From: Candidatus Omnitrophota bacterium
GTDB lineage: Bacteria > Omnitrophota > Gorgyraeia > Zapsychrales > Fredricksoniimonadaceae
Direction: 5' to 3'
Assembly (NCBI GenBank): GCA_903944345.1
Contig: CAJARJ010000012.1
Coordinates: 68,266-132,265, forward strand
DNA: 64,000 bases
The position numbers and the translations under genes are program-made. The notes beneath the pieces are model-generated. The model had not been told where the DNA came from. It was given only the letters and a program-made list of their open reading frames with translations, and did not search any database. Positions 38,523-47,766 of this stretch are shown piece by piece; within the stretch, counting starts at the first letter, position 1, and each line of letters opens with the position of its first letter.

Positions 38523-38739
38523 CGTTGCCCTCTCAGCGGTACGGACATCTGCCAGTCGCTCGGACAATTTTCGCTCGCCTCGTTCTTCAACTCGCTTGGT
38601 GGCAGATATCCTGCCCGCTTGCGGGCAACCACAAGGCCTTTAGGATGCTCCTGTTCGTCGCATCCAGCGGGGCTCCTCTTCGAATCCTTTCTTATAAATT
38701 AAGAAAGCCTTCCGGATTCCCGGAAGGCTTTTCAAATAA
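38523..38739. other. Structured non-coding element 3' of tRNA-Tyr (copy B)
   Basis: Long hairpin 38524-38629; GGATGC-TCCTGTTCGTC-GCATCC-AGCGGG (38643-38671); inverted T-arm copy 38679-38691. Confidence 0.8.
38703..38733. terminator. Intrinsic terminator after tRNA-Thr/Tyr
   Basis: AAAGCCTTCCGG-ATTC-CCGGAAGGCTTT. Confidence 0.75.
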
Positions 38740-38822
38740 TGGGCAGGAAAGGATTCGAACCTTTGAAGCGCGAGCGCAACAGATTTACAGTCTGTCCCCT
38801 TTGGCCACTTGGGTACCTACCC
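38740..38822 (-). tRNA. tRNA-Tyr(GTA)
   Basis: ACAGA-CTGTAAA-TCTGT anticodon arm, long variable arm; CCA not encoded. Confidence 0.96.
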
Positions 38823-38837
38823 TTACAACTAAATACA

Positions 38838-38910
38838 AGCCGACGAGAGGAGTCGAACCCCCGACCAGCGGTTTACAAAACCGCTGCTCTACCAACTGAG
38901 CTACGTCGGC
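38838..38910 (-). tRNA. tRNA-Thr(TGT)
   Basis: GCCGACGTAGCTCAGTTGG...GCGGT-TTTGTAA-ACCGC. Confidence 0.96.
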
Positions 38911-39058
38911 GCGAACTCCAAAAATCATATTGCCAGAACTACGAAACGGGCTGTAATATAGCAAAATGATAAATTGATGTAAAGAAAGTTCTTTACCGGT
39001 TTTATTACCGCGACAGATCGACAATTGCACAAACCGGAATTGTTGCTATGATAACGCA

Positions 39059-40726
39059 ATGTTAAACACTCTGACAATAAAAAATTTCGGCATCATCGAA
39101 AGCGCCGAACTCTCATTTCTGAAAGGACTCAATATCCTTACCGGAGAGACTGGCGCCGGAAAATCTATCCTTATCGACGCCCTGCGCTGTGCCCTGGGTG
39201 AACGCTTCCAGTCTTCATTCCTGCGCGATCAGACCGACCAATGCCTGGTTGAAGCCGTTTTCTCCCTGTCTTTCGAAACCGCTACCAGCATTCCTCTGCT
39301 GGCAGACTTCCCCTGCGATGACAACAACCTTATTATCCAGAGAACCTGTTCCCGTGACGGAAAAAATAAAATAAAGATCAACGGCCTGACTGCAACATCG
39401 ACACAGCTTAAAGAAATAGGTGATCATCTGGTTGATATCCACGGCCCCTATGATCATCAACAGCTGTTGGCCGAACCCATGCATCTTAAAATCCTTGATG
39501 CGCTAACCAACTTCGGGAAAGCAAAACCCGAGTACACCCAGACTTACAACGAATACGACACACTCCTGAACAGACTCAAGGAACTTCGTCAGCTGGCCCA
39601 AACCCGCGATCGCGATATTGATCTGCTTACCCATCAGGTCAAGGAACTGGAACAGGTCCCGTTGACCGAAGAACATCTGGAAACAATCCGCCAGGAACAA
39701 GTGCGCATTGATAACTCCGAAAAACTTTACTCGCTCATGTCGCAGGTGCTTGGCGCACTGGATAACGATGAAAACGGACTGGAAACCATGCTGGCCCGCT
39801 CAAGCCGTCCGCTGGATCATTTGACCGTTATCGATCCGGCCAGCGCTCCTTTTCTGGAACAACTTACCAACCTCCAGGAAAATAGCCGGGAACTTCTGCA
39901 AAATCTGCGCCATTACGCCGATGCCCTCAGCTTCGACCAGGATCGCGCCGAAGAAATCAGCCGGACGGCAGACGCCTATCACGACATCCTGCGCAAATTT
40001 GGGCCAACCCTGGCTGACGCCCGCGCCTTCTTTGAACAGGCCCGAAGCAAACTTCTGCTCTTGTCAGGTTTTGAGCAAAATGAAGAAGAACTTAAAGAAG
40101 CTCTTTCGGCTACCGAGAAAAAGCTTTCCCTCCTGGCCTCCCAACTGACCAAGGCCAGGACCAAAACTGCAGTTATGCTCAAGAAAACTATCGAAACTGA
40201 ACTCCAGGAACTCGGATTCAAATCGGTTATTTTCGAAGCCCGTCAGGAAAAAACTGCATTTAATCCGGATGGTCACGACAAATTCGTTTTTTACATTTCT
40301 CCTAACACCGGCGAAACACTCAAACCTCTGGCCCAGATTGTATCTTCCGGGGAGTCTGCCCGGATCATGCTCGCCATAAAAAAAGCCCTTATGAAAGTCG
40401 ACCCAGTCCCAGTTCTTATCTTTGACGAGATTGATGCCCAGATCGGCGGAAGACTTGGAACAATTACAGGAAAAAAATTAAAGGAGATCGCTGCCCACCG
40501 TCAGGTCATCCTGATTACTCACCTGCCGCAGATCGCCGCTTTCGCGGATCAGCATTTCAAGATCGCCAAACAGGTTCGTTCCGGCAGGACTCTTACCGAG
40601 GTGACCTCACTTGCCCCGGATAGCCGTCTGGTTGAACTGGCGCATATGATGAGCGGTGACAAAACCTCAACCATTGCCCTCGAACATGCCAAAGACATGC
40701 TATTGCAGGCCGAAAGAAAACTTTAA
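39059..40726 (+). CDS. recN: DNA repair protein RecN
   Basis: TGETGAGKS, coiled coil, SSGESAR, LIFDEID, ITHLPQIAA. Confidence 0.96.
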   Translation: MLNTLTIKNFGIIESAELSFLKGLNILTGETGAGKSILIDALRCALGERFQSSFLRDQTDQCLVEAVFSLSFETATSIPLLADFPCDDNNLIIQRTCSRDGKNKIKINGLTATSTQLKEIGDHLVDIHGPYDHQQLLAEPMHLKILDALTNFGKAKPEYTQTYNEYDTLLNRLKELRQLAQTRDRDIDLLTHQVKELEQVPLTEEHLETIRQEQVRIDNSEKLYSLMSQVLGALDNDENGLETMLARSSRPLDHLTVIDPASAPFLEQLTNLQENSRELLQNLRHYADALSFDQDRAEEISRTADAYHDILRKFGPTLADARAFFEQARSKLLLLSGFEQNEEELKEALSATEKKLSLLASQLTKARTKTAVMLKKTIETELQELGFKSVIFEARQEKTAFNPDGHDKFVFYISPNTGETLKPLAQIVSSGESARIMLAIKKALMKVDPVPVLIFDEIDAQIGGRLGTITGKKLKEIAAHRQVILITHLPQIAAFADQHFKIAKQVRSGRTLTEVTSLAPDSRLVELAHMMSGDKTSTIALEHAKDMLLQAERKL

Positions 40727-40867
40727 AATCCCGCACAAATAGCCTTTGCGTTCCTTTTTGTCATATGCTAACTTATTTGCCTGTTATTTGACCCGGTTTT
40801 TTCACTTAGCAAACAAAAAGTCCGGGTTTCACTTTTACTCTCACAATCCATCAGAAGGAGTTTTTGT

Positions 40868-42073
40868 ATGAAAAAAATAGGTATCCTTACTTCCGGCGGC
40901 GACTGCGGCGGGCTTAACGGCGTGGTCAAAGGCGCAGCCCAGATGGCTAACAGCCTTGGCATCACCCCTTATGTCATCACCAACGGCTACGCTGGTCTTT
41001 ACAATCTCATTGATCTTGAGAAAATCACTGCCCTTACCCCCGAGCGTACCGACAAAATCGGAGCCAATCTGGCCGGATCCGAAGCCGGACATTCCAGGGT
41101 TAAAGTCAAAAAAATCGAAGATCCAAAGAAATACGAGCGTATCAAGGCTGGTATGAAAAAGTTCGGCATCGACGGCCTGGTTATTTCCGGCGGCGACGAT
41201 TCCGGTTCGGTTATGGTTGACCTTTTCGAAAACGGGATTTCCTGTGTCCATGTGCCCAAAACAATGGATCTCGACTTGCAGACCTACTCAGTCGGGGCCG
41301 ACTCCACCATCAACAAAATCGCCACTTACGTTGAAGAACTAAAAACCACCGCCTCAACCCACAACCGTATTATGGTTCTGGAAGTATTTGGCCGCTATGC
41401 CGGACACACGGCTTTCCGCGGAGGCATAGCCGGCGATGCCGATGCGATTCTGATCCCGGAAGTCCCCTCCGACTTTGACGTGCTCTACAAACATATGAAA
41501 GCCCGTTATTTTGACCGCATCCTCAAGAGCGATGTTCTGGCTGGCCAATACATGATTGTCGTAGCGGAAGGTCTCAAAACTGCCGACGGTTCCGAAATTT
41601 ATGATGAATCTGCCGGTGTAGACTCTTTCGGGCATAAAAAACTGGCTGGCGCCGCCAAGTATGTCTGCCAGGAATTATCCAAACGTCTTAAAGCAGACCC
41701 GGAAATCAAAGCGCTCATGCAGAAGGCCGGCATGTATGTGGAAAAAATGAACGAAATCCCTGAAGTGCGTTCGGTTGTCCCCGGACACCTGGTGCGCTGC
41801 GGTCACTCTTCCGCTTATGACGTCTGTTTCGGCAAGGAAGCTGGCGCTGCTGGCGTTCTTTTGCTTAACAAGGGAATCACCGGTATCACCGTTGTTGGCG
41901 TTGACGGCAAGAACGTAAAATATATGGAATCCAAGAAAGCCATCGAACAACGGCACGTTGATCTTGATCAGGTGTCTGTCTATGAACAGATGGGCATCTG
42001 CTTTGGTCGCCCCGCGGCAGGATATACGCCCGAATTCTCTAAAGTTGAAGGTCGTATCAGCCGTCATATGTAA
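40868..42073 (+). CDS. 6-phosphofructokinase, probably PPi-dependent
   Basis: LTSGGDCGGLN, GGDDS, PKTMD, EVFGR. Confidence 0.9.
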   Translation: MKKIGILTSGGDCGGLNGVVKGAAQMANSLGITPYVITNGYAGLYNLIDLEKITALTPERTDKIGANLAGSEAGHSRVKVKKIEDPKKYERIKAGMKKFGIDGLVISGGDDSGSVMVDLFENGISCVHVPKTMDLDLQTYSVGADSTINKIATYVEELKTTASTHNRIMVLEVFGRYAGHTAFRGGIAGDADAILIPEVPSDFDVLYKHMKARYFDRILKSDVLAGQYMIVVAEGLKTADGSEIYDESAGVDSFGHKKLAGAAKYVCQELSKRLKADPEIKALMQKAGMYVEKMNEIPEVRSVVPGHLVRCGHSSAYDVCFGKEAGAAGVLLLNKGITGITVVGVDGKNVKYMESKKAIEQRHVDLDQVSVYEQMGICFGRPAAGYTPEFSKVEGRISRHM

Positions 42074-42098
42074 TGCTCAACAAAACATAACACGCTAC

Positions 42099-42134
42099 AA
42101 AAAAAGACCTTGAGCCAAGCTCAGGGTCTTTTTT
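42099..42134. terminator. Bidirectional intrinsic terminator
   Basis: AAAAAAAGACCTTGAGC-CAA-GCTCAGGGTCTTTTTT between convergent genes. Confidence 0.85.
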
Positions 42135-42154
42135 ATTATCAGACAAAACTGATT

Positions 42155-44827
42155 CTAGAACACACCCTTCTGGAGCGCCCTGATACCCAACAGGATCGGG
42201 ACAAAGCCTGAAGACCCGCGATACGCGAGATCGTCAAATGAAGCAAAACCTTCAACAACCCTCCCTGATTCAGTATCTTCATCGAAAACCTGGTCAATTC
42301 CGGCCAGATCAAGACCACCTTTAAGACCCGTGTCTGCTGCAGAACTGGCGTTGAGCTCCTGGGCACTGTCAGGGGGTATTCCCATCTCTTGTAAAATCAT
42401 GTCAATCTGTCCAATCATCACCTTGACACTCCCCTGACGCTTTTGAGGGTCGACATTCATGGCCTGCCGCACCAGAGTATCTATCATTCCCTCTATTTTA
42501 TCTTTCATATCCGGAGCAAGTGAAACATCCGACCACATCATTTCGGGAAGAGTATGTATGTAAGCAGATTTAAAGTGCAAACCTCCCTCAAACATTTCTG
42601 TCCTTAAATGTGGCGGCTTTAAGGGTTCCTGAATCATCAAAAACATCAGCTTGCCAAGCGCATAAATATCACGGGCCGGCGCCCATATACTTTCCCGAGC
42701 AATATTTTCTTCCAGCTCTTCCGGAGCAATAAATGCCCGGGTGCCCATGAGTTTTTCTCCTGAATCCCTGGGACTACAAAGGGGGATAGCCAGCTCAAAG
42801 TCGATCAAACGGACATTTTCCAAGTCGTCAATCATGAAATTCTCGGGTTTAATATCCCGATGCAAGTATCCAATCTCGTGCAGCCAGTCAACCGCCACAA
42901 GCATCTTGCGCATTAAACGCAAACGCCCAACAATCGCTGTTTCAAAGGCATCACTCAAATATGAAGTAACATTTGAACCTTCTATATATTCCATGACCAA
43001 TACAGCCCTTCCTCCTTCACGGAAGAACGCTACGAAAGCCGGAATATAACTCCTTGTAAAACGCGATGCCACGCCAGACAAACTTCGTAAAATATTATTT
43101 TCATTATGGAGATAACCAGGGGAATGCGTTGATGACGGCTCGATTTCCTGTTTGATGACAAACATCTTCCCCTCTTTCTCACCAAGCCAGGTAATATTGT
43201 GCCGGCTGGTCTCAAGAGTTCGCCTGATTTCATAGTCACCAATAAAATGAACATCTTTAAGAAAAACAGCCTCTTTTCTCATTCCCTCACCCCAGAAACT
43301 CCATTGCCTGATAACCTGCACCAGTAAGCCGTCGAGCCAGTAACGCTGCTCGGGAGGCAGATTTTTCTTGAACGTTGCCAGTTGCGCACGAAAACCCGGG
43401 CCCTGATCAAGCAGTTGCATAATATTCTTGCCGAAAAAGTCTTCCTGTGCGAGAAACAAAACCCACCCTCCAAAAATTTCTTGCAACATTACTCCCTTTT
43501 CCTTCTCGATCTCTTCACCGATAACCTGCCAGAACGCCTGCTTAAATTCCGGCTGAACACTTCCTGACTTATAATAGGCATAAAATTCACGAGGCCATTC
43601 TTCAAAACTCATCCTGAATGACAACTGTCGAAATCTGTCGCGAATCTGATCCTTGAGCTCAACCTGCGCAAGGTCTGCCCGACTACCGAGACCAACCTCC
43701 TCTAAAGAACGCAAACCCACATCGACAATCCGTGCCGTTGATGAAAAACCTCTCAATTCGTCACTTGTCGGATGCAGGTCATGTTGCAGGAATAACTGTC
43801 CCAGGTCGAAATTCATACCACCTGAAGTGTAGCGGCGTACAAGCAAATCCTCTCCAGTATCAAGTTCATCGTCAATGATAACGTCAAAAACACCCTCGCT
43901 AAAATTCTCGGCATACTGCTGCCATACCCTTTCAGCCATTCCGGGATCATTCAGACTAATCCCTTCAACTTTTCCGTGATTTACATAATCTTCACTGAGA
44001 AGCCCGGTCCTAATCCTGCGCTTGTACCATGCGGCAAGGATCAACGCCCCGTAAATCTGACGCAAAACCCGAAACGACTCTCCTTCGTCCACCTGTTTCT
44101 GAATTGCCGGTACGACCAGCTCACGCATCACCCGGACGCCAATTGCATCGACGGTATTTCCACCCATTTGAAAACCACTCTTCCGCGCCAGATAATCTTC
44201 CTCCAGCATGACCTTCAGGCGTGCGCGGCGCAACATGACCATTGACAAGTTGCCATTTTCAAGAATCCCTGCCAACTCAGGAACAATCCACACGCGATGC
44301 TGCATCTTGAAATCAACATCGGTCGTTCCGTACAGCTCTTGTGCTTTCCGGTAAATCATGCGCCAGAAAGCTTTACCTGACGGGTTTCCGGGATGAAGGG
44401 TTTCAGACATAATCTGCTTGAGAGTATAATCCTGCTCAAGAAGGTCTCGCCCGAGTTCTGTGCGCGAAAGTCCTACAGGGAGAATACGATCACGTTCCAC
44501 TGGACTAAGGTTAACCCAAAGATCCCGATCGGGAATTGTCAGGGCTGCAAAAAAATATTTGATCAACCGCATCGACTCGAGATCGCTGCCGGAAGCTTGA
44601 TCAACCATAAAGCTAAAACGTAAAGGATCATCCTTGAAAATTCTCATGCCTACAAGCCGCGGCTCAACTGCAGTTAATGATGACGACACTGCCGACGAAG
44701 GAAGAGAAAACTGGGCTGGTGCACAGTAACCAAAGAATGGAAGCTGAACACAGAAACAAAGCAATGTCACACATCTGGTGCAAAATAATAAGAACCTGTG
44801 CATCATAAATCCTGTCAAAGTTAACAC
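42155..44827 (-). CDS. Exported multidomain protein with Hanks-type Ser/Thr kinase domain
   Basis: Signal-like N-terminus; VIKQE, LVMEYIEG, HRDIKPEN, DFE, GT..FIAPE, DIYALG; C-terminal KGGLDL motif. Confidence 0.85.
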   Translation of the reverse strand: MLTLTGFMMHRFLLFCTRCVTLLCFCVQLPFFGYCAPAQFSLPSSAVSSSLTAVEPRLVGMRIFKDDPLRFSFMVDQASGSDLESMRLIKYFFAALTIPDRDLWVNLSPVERDRILPVGLSRTELGRDLLEQDYTLKQIMSETLHPGNPSGKAFWRMIYRKAQELYGTTDVDFKMQHRVWIVPELAGILENGNLSMVMLRRARLKVMLEEDYLARKSGFQMGGNTVDAIGVRVMRELVVPAIQKQVDEGESFRVLRQIYGALILAAWYKRRIRTGLLSEDYVNHGKVEGISLNDPGMAERVWQQYAENFSEGVFDVIIDDELDTGEDLLVRRYTSGGMNFDLGQLFLQHDLHPTSDELRGFSSTARIVDVGLRSLEEVGLGSRADLAQVELKDQIRDRFRQLSFRMSFEEWPREFYAYYKSGSVQPEFKQAFWQVIGEEIEKEKGVMLQEIFGGWVLFLAQEDFFGKNIMQLLDQGPGFRAQLATFKKNLPPEQRYWLDGLLVQVIRQWSFWGEGMRKEAVFLKDVHFIGDYEIRRTLETSRHNITWLGEKEGKMFVIKQEIEPSSTHSPGYLHNENNILRSLSGVASRFTRSYIPAFVAFFREGGRAVLVMEYIEGSNVTSYLSDAFETAIVGRLRLMRKMLVAVDWLHEIGYLHRDIKPENFMIDDLENVRLIDFELAIPLCSPRDSGEKLMGTRAFIAPEELEENIARESIWAPARDIYALGKLMFLMIQEPLKPPHLRTEMFEGGLHFKSAYIHTLPEMMWSDVSLAPDMKDKIEGMIDTLVRQAMNVDPQKRQGSVKVMIGQIDMILQEMGIPPDSAQELNASSAADTGLKGGLDLAGIDQVFDEDTESGRVVEGFASFDDLAYRGSSGFVPILLGIRALQKGVF

Positions 44828-45045
44828 CCGGGATTGAATATTTGTTCAAGCAAGGAAAATATAGAACATAATGTATGTAAAATCAATATACGCAATACCA
44901 TGACAACAGATGTCATTGATTTGATGACATAAAATAAAAACAGGGTGTCCGGTCATTCCAAAAAACGCCCCCAGTCCTTCCCCCGCCCGGGAGAAGTGCA
45001 ATTTTTGGCCGGACACCCCTTGAAACTAATACCCGACGCTACTCT

Positions 45046-45306
45046 TCAGGCAGCCTGATAATGCCCAATAACAGCATCGGTGAGACCTTCAAATATTTCA
45101 GTACTCTTGCAAACAACCTGATCGTACCAGCGATTGTCCTTGCCCTGTTCCTGTGGCATAGAAACAAACACACCTTTCTTCCCTTCAATAACCCGAACCC
45201 CTTTGATAACCAAAGCATCATTGACCGAAACATCGGCAAACGCTTTGAGATTACCTGCATCCGGCAGACGATACATCTTTTCGACTTTAAACTTGATTTC
45301 TTGCAT
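45046..45306 (-). CDS. spoVG: SpoVG-family nucleic-acid-binding protein
   Basis: LKAFADV......VIKGVRVIEG..G.FVSMP; G-rich RBS before 45306. Confidence 0.92.
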   Translation of the reverse strand: MQEIKFKVEKMYRLPDAGNLKAFADVSVNDALVIKGVRVIEGKKGVFVSMPQEQGKDNRWYDQVVCKSTEIFEGLTDAVIGHYQAA

Positions 45307-45660
45307 TATCCCCCCCAATTGTTGATTATTTGTCAAATCACAAGAGTATAATATTGCAATTTGCTCAAATGTCAAGAGCTACTTTTGATCTTAAATCAAA
45401 ATTGGTAATAGAACTCTTAGCCGAAGAACTCCTTGCACAAAGAATAGGCGAAAACCTAAAGAGGGGATTTAACAAACTGACGTCGTATTCCTGTTTTCTT
45501 AGCTGCAGATTTATACCCTCTGAAAAATAATGAATAAAAAAAAACGAAGCGGCATTGATAATAGTTCAATAAATGCTAAAATGAAAAAAATCGGACGACA
45601 GTTCCTCACGTAAAATCCGAACCAATACAATGATAACACTGCTTCTCTGGAGAAATAAAG

Positions 45661-46203
45661 ATGCGTATCGGCGAACAAATAAAAAAATACCGCTCCATGC
45701 GTTCCATGTCTCTTACCAAACTTTCCGAGGCCAGCGGAGTCCAGATTGCCACGCTCTCCCGGATCGAGAACGGAAAAATGACCGGAACTCTGGCCTCACA
45801 CATGAGCATTGCCGAAGCTTTGGGCGTTGAATTTACCGAACTTTATCGTAACGTTGAAACTGCGGCTCAGCCCCCCCAGGAAGACCCGCTCGAAATCGTT
45901 ACCTCTCTGGACGGGAAAATATCCCGGGAAATCCTGGCCAGAAATCTTTCTAACCACAAGATGCTCCCGTCTTTGATAAAGATTGCTCCCGAAACCTCTG
46001 CTCCTTCAGAATCTTTCTCTTTGGGCAGCGAGCGTTTTATTTATGTACTGGAAGGAAACATAAATCTTACGGTGAACGGAAGAACAGCCGCACTGGAACC
46101 TGGCATGTCCCTGCTCTTTAATGCCAGCGCCACTCATTCAATAAGCAACAATACAGCTTCGCCCGCCAGAATACTGTCGGTAACAACTCCGGTTAATCTA
46201 TGA
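45661..46203 (+). CDS. XRE-family HTH regulator with cupin sensor domain
   Basis: ATLSRIENGK HTH; E.FIYVLEG...L.PG.S..F.A...H. Confidence 0.9.
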   Translation: MRIGEQIKKYRSMRSMSLTKLSEASGVQIATLSRIENGKMTGTLASHMSIAEALGVEFTELYRNVETAAQPPQEDPLEIVTSLDGKISREILARNLSNHKMLPSLIKIAPETSAPSESFSLGSERFIYVLEGNINLTVNGRTAALEPGMSLLFNASATHSISNNTASPARILSVTTPVNL

Positions 46204-46559
46204 GCAGTATCCTGGTTTTTCATACCAACGAAAGCACACGTGATGCCTTGCGCGACATACTGGCGAATCGTTATAATGTGATTGCGGTACATGATGCGCG
46301 CCAATGTCTGGATGTTTTCGAACAAAAAGCTCCCGTGGCTCTGGCCTTTCTGGAAGCCTCCTCTGAGGTTGAGACCGAAACCCTGATTGCCAAGGCACTG
46401 GAGAAAAAGAACCCTGTTATTGTGGTCGCGGTGGCTTCTGCGGAGAATGAAAACTTCGGCGTCAACGCCGTACGCTGCGGAGCGGAAGGATATATCCTGA
46501 CTCCTCTGAGAAAAGATGAGATTCTTGCGATTGCCCGGAAGGCAGATCCGGACAGTTAA
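46200..46559 (+). CDS. Atypical single receiver-domain protein
   Basis: CheY-like pattern (ILV...R..L..IL, PVIVV, GA.GYI..P) but canonical Asp and Lys residues are substituted. Confidence 0.7.
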   Translation: MSSILVFHTNESTRDALRDILANRYNVIAVHDARQCLDVFEQKAPVALAFLEASSEVETETLIAKALEKKNPVIVVAVASAENENFGVNAVRCGAEGYILTPLRKDEILAIARKADPDS

Positions 46560-46593
46560 TGCAAATAGACACAATCCGGCGCCGTCTTACAAA

Positions 46594-47766
46594 TCAAAGA
46601 TTCATTTCGCCGGTTGTTTTTAATTCGGAAGAAGGATAATAAAAAGTCAGAATACTGCGGTAATCGTGCCCCTGTTTGGCCATTCCATAGGCACCCCATT
46701 GGCAAAGACCTACGCCATGACCCCAGCCTTTGCCTGAGATATCCACAAACCAGCCTTTCATCGTGACTGTGAAAAGACTGCTTCGGATCAAATTCGGACC
46801 TATGGCTTCCCGAAAAGTCTTGCCGTCTATGGTGATCGATTTCCCCGTCCGATCCTGAATGCTCAGTTTTCGCACACGTCCAGTCGAATTACGTTCGACA
46901 ACCTTGATCTCCTTGATCAGCCCGGTCTGGTAACCTTTGGCCGCCAGTTTTTCCTGGATATCCTTCAGACGAAAATTCCGGTCCCATTTGTAACTGGGCA
47001 GATCAAGCGAATAGACCGACTTGACGCCCCCTCTTAACGGGGCGATATTAATATCCCATAATTCAGCGGCATTTTCGGTAATCCCCCCCGAGTTGGCATG
47101 AAAAAAGGCGGGTAAAACCTTGTTCTGGTAGACAAGGATTTCACCCCGCGTCTTTCTCACCGCCAGACTGGTGCGATATCTTTCCGCATCACGGCCACCG
47201 TAAACCTGGGAGTAACTGTCCCCCGTAAGATCATAGTCACGGGTGCCAGACTTCTGCATGGAATAAATAGCATAGGAACGAACCGCAACTGCCTGGGCCT
47301 TGATGGCCTCCAGCGGCCATTGGTCTGAAATCTCATGATACAAAACACCGGAAACATACTGCTCAAGATCAATAGTATTGACTACCGAAAAATTATTGCC
47401 CTCCCGGATGATCGTCACCGATCCCCGATAATACTTACCGTTAACGGCCAGCGTACCATTACGCCGGGGCTCGACCAGAATACGGTTGGCCCGCAAGAGT
47501 TGTTTCTTGCCCAACCGGAAAGAGTCCTTTTCACGCAATAATTCTGACAACCATAGACGATCACCTTCAAGAAGTACATTCGAGCTCGAAGGATCTGTAA
47601 TTTTGAATGCCCCGTTAACCGCTATCGTACAGCGAGCAATGGCACGATGGATAGCCACACGGACATTGATCTCACCGGCATGCGAAGAATAATGCGGTGT
47701 AAAAAGAAGAAAAAGAGAGACAGCTAACATTAAAAAAATCCTGGAAATCCTGCTTAACAAAATCAT
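46594..47766 (-). CDS. SpoIID/LytB-domain peptidoglycan lytic transglycosylase
   Basis: EQYV.GVL..E....WP.EAIKAQAVA.RSYA, GWGHGVGLCQWGA. Confidence 0.93.
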   Translation of the reverse strand: MILLSRISRIFLMLAVSLFLLFTPHYSSHAGEINVRVAIHRAIARCTIAVNGAFKITDPSSSNVLLEGDRLWLSELLREKDSFRLGKKQLLRANRILVEPRRNGTLAVNGKYYRGSVTIIREGNNFSVVNTIDLEQYVSGVLYHEISDQWPLEAIKAQAVAVRSYAIYSMQKSGTRDYDLTGDSYSQVYGGRDAERYRTSLAVRKTRGEILVYQNKVLPAFFHANSGGITENAAELWDINIAPLRGGVKSVYSLDLPSYKWDRNFRLKDIQEKLAAKGYQTGLIKEIKVVERNSTGRVRKLSIQDRTGKSITIDGKTFREAIGPNLIRSSLFTVTMKGWFVDISGKGWGHGVGLCQWGAYGMAKQGHDYRSILTFYYPSSELKTTGEMNL

